Positions 54,002-64,000 of a stretch of 64,000 nt of DNA are shown piece by piece. A program made the position numbers and the translations under genes. Source of the DNA: Trichosphaerium sp. ATCC 40318 (taxonomy: Eukaryota > Protista > Tubulinea). The notes under the pieces were generated by a model, which was not told the origin of the DNA, ran no database searches, and saw only the letters and a program-made list of their open reading frames with translations. The stretch covers positions 806,001-870,000 of the forward strand of contig JALMLS010000455.1 in the NCBI GenBank assembly GCA_038496445.1, given 5' to 3'. Every line of letters begins with the position of its first letter. The stretch's first letter is position 1.

Positions 54002-56970
54002 ATGCGTGCTTATGGGTCAGAGGATCGCGCTTTCTATGATAAGGGAGTCTCTAATTTGAAGGCTGGGAACTATCCGGCGGCCAAAAAATGGCTCAAAAAA
54101 TCGTCCAAGTGTGGTTATACAAAAGGTACGTCTATTTGCTCGTTTGTAATCGATTATTTTCCAACAACTGGTTGTTGCTCGCAAATAATCCAAACTCTGT
54201 ATTTACCACTTTCGATATAGCCATGTGCGAGCTTGGAAAGCTGTACAGGGACGGTACAAAAATTGAGCGCGATTTGGATAAAGCCAAAGAACTTTTCGAA
54301 GCTGCAGCGAAAAAGAAGGACTCTGGTAAGCGAACATACTATTTTTGCGCTAACAAATCGTTGTTCAAAACGCTCTGAATTATTTGACAGTTTTATTTTT
54401 TACAATGTCTTAAAAACGATTAAAACCTATTAGATGGGTATGTAAATCTTGGTATCTTGTACATGAATGGTTTGGGATGCGAAATAGATAGAAAGCAGGT
54501 TAGTAAAAAACATTTTTTCAAAAACTTCAAAAAAAAATTCTTTTGCTGAGTGCTGACGTGTCGTAAAGGCGAAAATATACTTCGTAAAGGCTAGTAAGCT
54601 ATATAACGCTGCTGGTATGTGTAATTTAGGCGTGTGCTATGCTAATGGGTATGGTGTTAAAAAAGACGAAGAAAAGTACGTACAAAATTACATTAAACAG
54701 TGTTTAGATAGTTTTCTGTGTAATTTACTAATATACACTATTACTTTTTTTTTCGGGTTTACGACAAAAAAGGAAAACGTAAACGAGAAATTTTTACGAC
54801 TTTACGATTTTTTTTTTTTGTTTTTTTTGCGTTTTGCGTTTTACTCCTGACTAGTCAAAGATCCGTCTATACTGTATCGTAAAGAATTTTCCTTTTACTT
54901 GGCCTCAATCTATTTTTTGTTAATATGTTTTATCTTTCTAGAGCTTTGGCTTATTTCAAGCGTGCTGCAGAGAGGAAGAATGTCAGAGCACAATATAACT
55001 ATGGTATATTCTTGTTAAAGCAGCCTGGTGTTCCAAGAGAACAACGCGCAAAGGCTTGTATAAAATGGTGTAAGAAAGCTGGAAGACAAGGACACCCTGG
55101 CGCCTGCGCTCAAATGGGCTTCATGTATATAAAGGTACAAGACGTCAAATAATTTTTTTTTGAACGTTTTTTTATCCAAATTTCAAAAAAAAACCCAAGT
55201 CTTCACGTTTACAGCCTTTGTGAATGTTTTTTTAGTTTTAAATTATCACCAATATATTATATTACACTAGTTTTATGGGTTTAGCTCACTATTCATGCGT
55301 GTATACGCTGTCAAATATCGGAAATATTAATTTTTCTCTTTTTAGGGATATGGATTACCTGTATCCAAAAAAGAAGCGCTAAGGTGGTACAGCTACGCAC
55401 AGACATGTGGACATCCACGTGTTTCAAAAATAGTAGCTGATCTTAAGAGTGCTAATCCAAACATGTCAACACCTGCAATGTCATCAGTGTCAGGCGCTAG
55501 TAGCGCTACTCCATCTGTATTGACAGACAGCTCTGCTTCTATTTTCAGAGAAGCAAGCAACACTGAAGAAGCGTCTTCCTTCACTGCTGGACGAGACTCA
55601 CGTGCTGGTGACGATATTTCTATTTCACAAAGTCAAGAAAGCTCAAGGATGGATGCATCTTATACTACAAAAGCGAGTATGAGGAGTATTGCTGCAAGTG
55701 TTAAAGAGGCAAGACGTAGAAAGAAAATGAAACCAGTTGTTGTTACAAACGCAGCTCCTAAACAACCAGTCGTTGCAGTTGTTTCAGGTGAAGAAGAAGA
55801 TGACAAAGAAATAGCTTCCCTTGTGACAGTAGATGTTGAAGAGTCATCTGTTTCTCCAAAGAGTCCAAGAACTCCTAGAAGTCCTAGAGCCTCTGAGAGA
55901 GTAGTTTCAAGGAGATCAAGTAGGAAGGGTTCAAGAAGTGCTAAGAAGGTGAAGAGTTCTGATAGTAGAAGATCTTCACGTGCGCATAAAAAGAAGCGAA
56001 GGAAAAAAACATTTGTCAAGAGTGAAAGCGGTTCTTTACTCAAGAGGGAGAGTGTTCGTGGTATCCCATTATCTTTGATTGGATCTACGCCACCTTCATC
56101 GCCACCATCGTCATCGAAACCACCATTGACAGCGAGAGATAGTATGAGAAGTATCACAGCTAGCATTGGTGCAAGGACAACAAGGAAAAAAACAAGAAGG
56201 AAGAAAAAATCGCATAAACGTCAACGTAGCAATAATGATGAACAGCCAAAAGAATTGCTTGTTGAACCTTCAATAACTACTAAAGTAGAAGAAGATAAAG
56301 AGGAGGACAGTATAAAGAGTCTAGAAAGAACTAAGAGAAGTGTTAAACGTCATAGCAGTAAGAAGAAGAAAAGAAGAAAAAGGAAGCACAGAAATAGTAC
56401 CTTGAAAAAGAGTTTTAAAGAAGAAGATGCTTCTGTGGAACCTGAGGCAACAAAGAAGAAGAAACGTGATAAGAAAGAAGCTATTAAAGTTGAAGAAAAT
56501 GATGAGACGCCAAATGAGGACGACGCTAAACTAGATCCTCTTGACGATGAAACACCAAATGTAAGCGATAATCATGACAACGAGGATGCAAAACAAGATC
56601 CTCTTGATGATACTGAGGACAAGGATTCAAAAGAAGATCATGTTAATGAAAGTGACATTACTGCTAACAACGCTGAACACGACAATAAGCAAGATCCTCT
56701 TGATACAGCAGAGGAAGAAAAAGAATCAACTTCATTGGACGAAACCAAAGATGATAAAGAGGGTAGATACCAAGAAACTGAAGAAGAAGAACAAGAAAAA
56801 GAAGAAGAAGGAGAAAATAATGTACATACAAAACAAGAAGAAAGGTCTGAAGCTGAAAACTTGACAGATTCGGTACGATACAAAAAAAAAACCGGTGATT
56901 TTTGCACGTGACTTTTTTTAAACACTTTATAGTTCTAACTTGTTTTTATAAGGACACAGCAACATTGTGA
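54002..56970 (+). CDS. Sel1-like repeat protein with a long Ser/Lys/Arg-rich then acidic disordered tail
   Basis: AMCELGKLYRDGTKIERDLDKAKELFEAAA, GMCNLGVCYANGYGVKKDEEK, AQYNYG, ACAQMGFMYIKGYGLPVSKKEALRWY; final micro-exon DTATL*. Confidence 0.85.
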
Positions 56971-57170
56971 CCTAAGACTGGCCACGAGAATATTTCGTGA
57001 CCATCTAATAACAATAACTTAATCACCCCCCACACTTCACCACGCCCTTGTAATTGTACAAAGATTTTAAAAAAAGTACCAAAAAAATCTAAATTTCAAA
57101 AAAAAAAAGTAAAATAAAAACACAACACCTTATTTATTAAACAAAAGAAACATCTGTGTCAGGTCTATAT

Positions 57171-57530
57171 TTATTCATGTGATATATTTAAAGTGCATCG
57201 AGGGTCTAAGACTTTGTGACACCGTTGCCACATGACACAACCTTCGTCACATAGAGCATTTATTTGACCATTATCATACACTCCATTATATTTAAAATCA
57301 TCCACATGACGCTGCACGTGTATTTGACCATTGTCGTACCACTGTTTGAATTCTCCTTTTAGTTTACAAAAGTGAGTATTCGTTGCAATTGACTGTTGTC
57401 GTACCAGGCAATACGCTCTCCGACTAGTTTATCATTGATGAGTTGGCACTGCATCATCAATTAGTCATTTCCATTCCACTCAATGTAGTCTCCTTCTTTC
57501 TTACCATTTAAGTAAGTGTGCGCTGGTATT
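57171..57530 (-). pseudogene. Decayed MORN-variant repeat gene relic
   Basis: HTYLNGKKEGDYIEWNGND*LMMQCQLINDKLVGERIAWYDNSQL / KLKGEFKQWYDNGQIHVQ, with a stop and a frameshift. Confidence 0.7.
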
Positions 57531-57652
57531 TAATGTCAAGGAAAATGGATCAGATGGTATAGAAGCGGAAAAAGTGGAACTCCATGAATACAACTGTCTG
57601 TCCAATAAACAAACTGCAAGTCAACCTAAGTAGTTTTGAGTTTGTGACATAA

Positions 57653-59694
57653 ATGGATGCTACAGGCCAGCAATCACCACCAAAGAAAGTACAAAAAAAG
57701 GTACCCTTTTTTTAAACACCTTCTCATTGATTTAATGCGCGTGTAGTCTGTAACGCCTTTAACCGGTTCAGAGGCCGAGAATACACTTGTAGGACTACCT
57801 AAAGATGTATGGGGAGTTATTTGTATGTTTATCGAGCAAGCTAGCTGACTGCTGACAACTTTAGGCTCAAATATTTACGAAGTGTCATCTGCAAGAAACA
57901 TTCTAAGCGTAAACAAGATCGTACATACCATTGCTAAAGAAAAAGTCAATTGGCGTGGCGTATACGCTCAAAAGTTTAAACAGAAGATAGGCACGTGATC
58001 TAACATATTTTTTCTTGTTTTTTGGTATTGTATTGAGCACGTGATAATAGTAAAAAAAAAGCTGTAAACGAAAGTAGTCACGTGATTATTATAAATGCTA
58101 CAATGACAAATTAATGTTAACTAAACTTTCTTTTCTTGTTTTAGAGTTTCTTGCGTCTCCAAACCCTCCAATACCTTTCGTTCATCATTCATTTGTTGGT
58201 AAATCTTGTTGGTATAACAGACTCGTTCATAGGTCAAAGCTTGGTGAGTCAGAAGTTAGCTGCGACAACTTGAACATTTGGAGAAATATTGAGGTACTTC
58301 TTCAATTAGTTTGTTATTCACAACAATGTAGTCTGCGGCCGATATCAACCTTTCAGGCAGTGAAGATATAAGCTGTTATATAGGGCTAACTGGGATTCCT
58401 TTATTTATTTATGACAAAGAAGAAGATGATCCAAATATCAGCTTCTCCGAAACCTTTTTTCAAGTGGCCGTTTTTAACTTTGAAACAAAACAGCTTGATG
58501 TACACTAATTATTCTAGCACTTTTTGCTCTAAACCTTTATTAGAATTTCATTGTTTCTTATAGCGATCAAGGTTCAGAAACGGGTACAAAGGCCCTAGCA
58601 TTGTCATTTAGTGTAATGCGGTTGTTACAAGGTAGGTGTTATTGGAATGAAAGAAAACTAAAATCTAAGAAAAAAATAGGATTCAAGTACAATGCTTATA
58701 CAAAAGACTCTAACAAAATACACAACTATATTGAAGACTACTTGTATAGTGCACTAGGTGAGGCAGCCATCCCAGATGATAAAATAAGATATGTGTATGC
58801 CAAGGGGTACGTGTAAATCAGCTTTTTCTACAAACACTTTTTTTTTCAACCATATTTCAAATACGCTATGTATGAGCTTATTAAATATCATCTATTGTTG
58901 GCCAAATACATAAAACAACCAAACAGTAAGGGAGGAGTTTTTTGTCATTATAGGACTTCACCCTTAAAGAGTGGCCATTTTCTAATGAACTCGCACTAAG
59001 AATCAGTTTTTTTTTTTGTTGTTAAACCTAATATGCTTTCCAGCAAACCATATCATTTTAAACTATATGAAAATGATGATGACTACGCAACTGGAAAAAA
59101 CCACATACCTGATACTAAATTCTCTTCTTTTAAAAAGATTGGTAACTATATTGTTCATAAAGATGTTAAAGGCATTTTTGAATATTGGGATAATGAATCA
59201 ACGTACGCTATGTTTGTTTAGAATAACAAAGTTACTTACCTCCTATTGAAAGCTTCACACGATGTTTGGACGATCCAAAGATGTACCTAAGCCTGAGGTA
59301 TATAAGTTGAAACCTGCACTCAAAGACATAATTATACTCAAAGAAGAAGGTAAGTGCTGAGCACCAACTTTGAAAAAATCTTACTGTTAGAACAGGAGGC
59401 TTGATATCAGTTTTGGATGACCCTAAGGAGGTTAAAGCTATTGTCCAAGAATGCATAAAGGATGGTGGTATAGATTGTATATGTGAAAGTCTATCAAAGA
59501 AGTCTATGGCTTTGTTTCAAGCATTTCGTAAGGGTGGCAATGAAGAAAATGATGAATTCTTTGATGACTTTCCTGAGCTTTCAAAATCCTTTACATACTC
59601 TGTTATAACAAGATGGGATGGTGGCTATATACCCCCATTGGATGACAATATTTCTCATGAAAACAAACACCTAAAAATCGTACACGATGACTGA
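57653..59694 (+). CDS. F-box paralog of the H3-mimic gene lacking the H3 tail; GC-AG intron; probable 2-nt frameshift near 59300
   Basis: LVGLPKDVWGVIC, FLASPNPPIPFVHHSFVGKSCWYNRLVHR, ETGTKALA, PYHFKLYENDDDYATG, VLDDPKEV; same intron positions as 60367-62671. Confidence 0.75.
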
Positions 59695-60366
59695 ATGTAA
59701 GGATTACAATACGTGTGCCAAAAGTTTTATTAAAATAGAATTCTATTTGTTTTATTTTTGTGCTTCCTCTGTCTTGTTTCCTCATTCGCCACTGTCTGAA
59801 ATCACGGTTATAAAAGATGATGAACACACATGTTTACAATGCTAATACATCTGCAGGTTTGTGACTGAAACATTCTTGTATTTCTTTTTGAGGTACTTGA
59901 CACTTGATTTATCTCCTAGCAGCAATGGGATGAGGATGTAATCACAAGTGACGATTAAATAGATTTGTTGGTGTTCACAATATTTATCCATAAACCCTAA
60001 TCAAATAGATGAAGGCGCATAGCTTATTTGCATTGTGACGCCCTAAGATTCTTTGACGTCCTTTACCGGACTTAACAATGGAAAATACCTTTATAAACAG
60101 TTAGATTACACTATCCTAAATTTAACTTCTTATTTTCATATCCCTAAAATACCAGACTTCTTAGCTGGCCTTGCTGGGGACCTCACAGGGAACCTTGGCG
60201 AAGGTATTTTCATACCAGTGACAACGTTGCGGTTGTACGTTACTTTCTTGGAACTTGTACATAAAAAGCAATATTCCGTCTCGTGTCACAAATTCACGTA
60301 ATTGACGTAAAAGTGATCGTTTATTCACGTGAAAAACTTTTCATTACATTTCTTAGTAGCAGCCAC

Positions 60367-62671
60367 ATGGCACGTACAAAGCAAACGGCAAGAAAGTCTA
60401 CAGGTGGCATGGCGCCAAGAAGAAATACATCCAAGGCTAGAACGCCATTACCGCCTGTAAAGAAAATACCACTCAGTGTATGCACTTTTTCTTCATGTAT
60501 TTCTTTGTTTTAACGCTTTTCAAGGCTACTTCGTTAAATTTTAATTCAATGATGGATCCAGAGCTTGGTGGGTTACCAATAGAAGTGTGGGGGATGATTT
60601 GTAAGTATCTTCTATCGAATTAGACGTTAAACCGTTGTACAGGCTCAAACATCCGCGAGTTATCTCCCTCAGGGAATATACTACGCGTCAGTACTACTAT
60701 ACATAGCATAGCAGTCGAAAACATCGACTGGAAGAGTGTTTACGCTCAAAAGTTCAGAACACCACGAAGTACGTTACAGCGATCACATTTAAACAAGTCT
60801 TGTTTTCGTTTTAGCACTAACGATCAATTTAAGGTTTGTTGGCTTCTCCTTCACCTCCACCTCCATTCGTTCATCTGTCGTTTGTAGGTAAAGGTGCTTG
60901 GTACAACCGTATTGTTCATCGTGTAAAACTGGGTAAAGGAACGTCAAAATCGAGTATGTTTGGGAATAGTACATTAGATCAAATAAATGTATGGAATGGT
61001 AGAGAGGTAATAATAACATTGCTCAAAAGGGGTCTTTGAGTGTATTTTTGTGTACTCATGTTTGTTGCCTTAGAAAGTACCTTTTGAAGATGATGGTCAA
61101 GGTTTATGTATGTGTTTGATTGGGCGTACTGGGATTCCTTTGTTTTGTAAGCAAACTGACTCAGGATTTGGAGAAGCACAAGTTTACGATTTTTCTAAGA
61201 AAAAGTTTATCGTACGATACCAAGAACATAAAACACAAAAATTTATTGATTAATATCAAACCCTTTCTGCGGATTTTTTTGAAAAAAAAACCAACAAACA
61301 GAGAAAAAGTCATTCCTATTGTTTCAGTTTCGCTTGCCCCTTCTCTTTAATAATGTTTGTGATGCTAGGCTTTTATTGTATCGTATCATAATAGATCAGA
61401 TGAGACCGGAACTAAGATTTTAGCTACAAGTTATACAGTTGCAAGGTTGCTCTTTGGTATGTTATTAAAAGTTGTTTTAATTTGTACAGTTATAACTTTT
61501 TTTCAAGGTTGTGGCTTTAACGAGTACAAAAAAGACTCTGAATATGGACCTGTGATCTTAGAATATGCCACACAGATAATGTATGATGTTTTTGAAGAAT
61601 TATCACCTAATTGTATGGAATACTATCCACACGGTTCAGGGTATGTCTTTCTCTTTTTTTTTCTTTACTTAATTAAAGCTGATTTTTAGAATACCTTATC
61701 GCTTCAAAATGTACGAAAATGACGACGACTATGCAACTGGTATTAAAGCTATTCCTGGTATAGCTCTGCCTTTACAATACCGAACTTTTGGTAAGTACAT
61801 ACCACATAATGACATTTCTGATGTATGGAGTAAGTGGGATGATCAATCAATGTAAGAACTTGAATTATTCATCATTATGTTTATGTTTGTTCAAAGGTTC
61901 TACCGATGTTCTGACGGCCTAGGAGCAAAATGTCTTCAACTTAAAATGCAAGAAGATGGTGTGGATGATACGCTGATTATTTTAAAAGAAAACGGTAAGA
62001 AGAAACAAACGTAAACGAATGGAAACAAAAAATAATTTTGTTGCGCCCTTTACAAACTTTAACTTTTCGTATTTTCATCAGCTAAGCTGATAAGACAAAA
62101 AAAAACTCCACTTGATATATCCCTAAAGCTCCGTATGGAAAACACGCACTAACGTTTTATGTACAATGATTTTTTTGTAAGAAAAAAACAAGAAAAAAAA
62201 AAGGCTTTTCAATATCGTTGTATTCTTTGTTTGTCCTTGTTTTAAACCAAATTTTTAGGTGATGATTCTATTGTTGTTGATGACCCAACAGAGGTCCAAC
62301 GTATTATCAAGGAAGCTAGAGATAATGGAGGACATTCTAATTTATGCAATACTCTATCAAAGCAATCAATAGCTGTTTTTCAGCCATTCAATACTCTAAC
62401 AAAGCAATCTGCTTTCCAACCATTTTGTATAAGTGAACTCGTGTACCATCAGTTTAGCAATAGAGTTGAGATTCCAGGTAAAACCCACTTTCTCACTAAG
62501 TATGAAGGAAATCACGTGCCACCTCGTCAAAGTAGTATAAGAGATGAAGATAAGCATATGATGCGGTTTGTTGGTCCAGGGAGTCCTGGATTTGATGAGG
62601 ATAATGATTTGATTTATGGTGCTTGTAAACCAGCTTCTTCGATTGATTCAAAGTCTTTCATCTACTGTTAA
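60367..62671 (+). CDS. Histone-H3-tail-mimic F-box protein with an uncharacterised C-terminal domain (apparently intact)
   Basis: Exon 1 (60367-60477) MARTKQTARKSTGGMAPRRNTSKARTPLPPVKKIPLS; exon 2 LGGLPIEVWGMIC (F-box); in-frame GT-AG splicing to ...KSFIYC*; no histone fold. Confidence 0.85.
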
Positions 62672-63197
62672 GGGAGACTGATTTTGTAATTATAATAAAA
62701 AATTATTAGTAAGTAAGACTGGTAAGAATCATCAGAACAAAAAACTTTGTACTTCTAATAAAATGTTCCTTGTGGCATTCACGACTCTCCTAGTTTGCAC
62801 AACTTCTAACAGAACTCTCAAACTGACACTTTAGGAAAAGAACTGCAAGCAGTTGAGGTTAACCGGCTATCAAACCTAAACGGTTAACCGGTTTGTAAGC
62901 GGAAAAGTAAGACCTCTTACTTAGAATTATCAATCACAGTTTGGTTACAAAACGGCGGTTTTGAATGAGGGTAACTCTTAGCGCATCTTTTCAAGAAAAG
63001 GTCAGTTATTTATTTCATTCCTCCACGTGTCCGAATTCTCCATTGTGCTAACATGCGTCTATGACGATGTCTCGTGTCGCAGTACTTTCAAACGTTACAA
63101 AGGCATCAAAATCGTGCTTTTTTCTTTAAAATTATCTGTACATTTATGGACCCACAGTCAAAACAGACTTAAAAAAAATGAAGGTGTCGAGTTAAGT

Positions 63198-63272
63198 AGC
63201 GGTGCTAGGGAATCGAACCCTTACTTCATAGTTTCGCCCAACGAAATGCGCTAACCATAGCAAATACACCAC
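63198..63272 (-). tRNA. tRNA-like element (pseudo-tRNA or tRNA-derived SINE head; Pro-TGG-like with a shortened anticodon loop)
   Basis: Acceptor GTGGTGT/GCACCGC, D-arm TGCT-ATGGTT-AGCG, anticodon stem TTTCG/CGAAA with a 5-nt loop TTGGG, T-arm AGGG-TTCGATT-CCCT. Confidence 0.6.
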
Positions 63273-63458
63273 ACTAATGGCCTTCGATTGTACAACTCTG
63301 GTGATCTCCATAAATCGTTGAGAACAACAGTTCGAAACAAAATTAGATTTTCTTTGAAAGCTGAAAACACATAAAGAACATAGTTGACTTTTTAATTAAG
63401 TGTTAGAACTGTTATTTCTGTTTGTAAGGTGTACTACTTGTTTGCTATAAAGTCAAAT

Positions 63459-64000
63459 ATGCAAGATACGTATGTCCTAGTATTTTTTATGGTGCACGTA
63501 GTATTTTAACGTTTGTTTTAGAGAACGACACGAAATTGCGTTAATTGACTTACCCGCAGAGATTTTAGTCGTGATATTAACGTTTCTGGACGATTCAAGA
63601 TTCGATGCTGCGCAAACGTGCTGGACGCTCGCAAACGTTATACATTATCACGTAGGATACGAATATATTACTATTAAATCACAGACAGCGTTTGAACTGA
63701 TTTGCGGAAGCCCAGTGAAAAATCTTTACAACACGATGGTTGCCTTCTCAACTGAGTTTGGTCGTACACTTACTGATCAAAGCTTTCAAGCTTTAAAGGG
63801 TGTTAAGAATATAGCCATTGAAGAGAACACTAAAATAACAAATAAGGCATTAGAAGCACTAGCAGGAGTACACACCATAAGGATTTGGGAGTGTCCTGGA
63901 ATATCGGACAATGGAATTAAAGCAATCGCTGGTGTTCACACAGCTGATATCTATGAATGTGATCTTATCTCTGATCAAGGATATGCCTACCTTGCAGGTG
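63459..64000 (+). CDS. F-box + LRR protein, 5' part (duplicate of 39911-41380)
   Basis: MQDT|ERHEIALIDLPAEILVVIL...; open to the window end. Confidence 0.85.

Larger units (their letters stand above)
59983..64000 (+). repeat. Right arm of the inverted segmental duplication (runs off the window end)
   Basis: Reverse complement of 40839-44387. Confidence 0.95.

Noticed and set aside
55660-56925. Antisense and alternative-frame ORFs over the Sel1 tail (and similar shadow ORFs over MORN/LRR genes)
   Set aside because: These are by-products of low-complexity or repetitive coding sequence on the real strand.
60367-60477. A true histone H3 or CENP-A gene
   Set aside because: No histone-fold sequence (e.g. 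YRPG, LLI.KLPF) follows in any exon; the frame continues into an F-box.
40839-64000. Inverted arms as terminal inverted repeats of a Polinton/Maverick, virophage or DNA transposon
   Set aside because: The arms contain spliced host-type genes, and the spacer has no integrase, pPolB, capsid, ATPase or transposase.

Overview
This is eukaryotic nuclear DNA: AT-rich, gene-dense, standard genetic code, with many short GT-AG introns (donor often GTACGT/GTAAG). It is most consistent with an amoebozoan-like protist, based on a Dictyostelium RasG-like Ras, a Zn2Cys6 factor and amoeba/giant-virus-type MORN and LRR genes. About 25 spliced or single-exon genes can be reconstructed by eye, several of them invisible in the ORF track, plus several decayed gene relics. 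Recognisable genes include alanine aminotransferase, Ras, a BBE-like FAD oxidase, a GT10 fucosyltransferase, a RING-H2 ligase, a TLC/Lag1 protein and a Sel1 protein. The main structural feature is an inverted duplication of at least 3.5 kb (40839-44387 vs 59983-64000+). It carries an F-box/LRR gene and an F-box gene whose whole first exon mimics the histone H3 N-terminal tail (ARTKQTARKSTGG-M-APRR; K14M, K18R). A third, adjacent paralog lacks the H3 exon. This histone-mimic F-box protein, in a window rich in ubiquitin-system genes, is the best candidate for an undescribed system. Other points of interest are a secreted fusion of two bacterial-type domains (CpcT-like + VirK-like), an ankyrin-nucleotidyltransferase, an eqolisin-like protease, a tRNA-like indel between the duplicated arms, strong CACGTG enrichment and a CpG gradient along genes. 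All exon structures and domain calls were made by manual inspection, without database searches.
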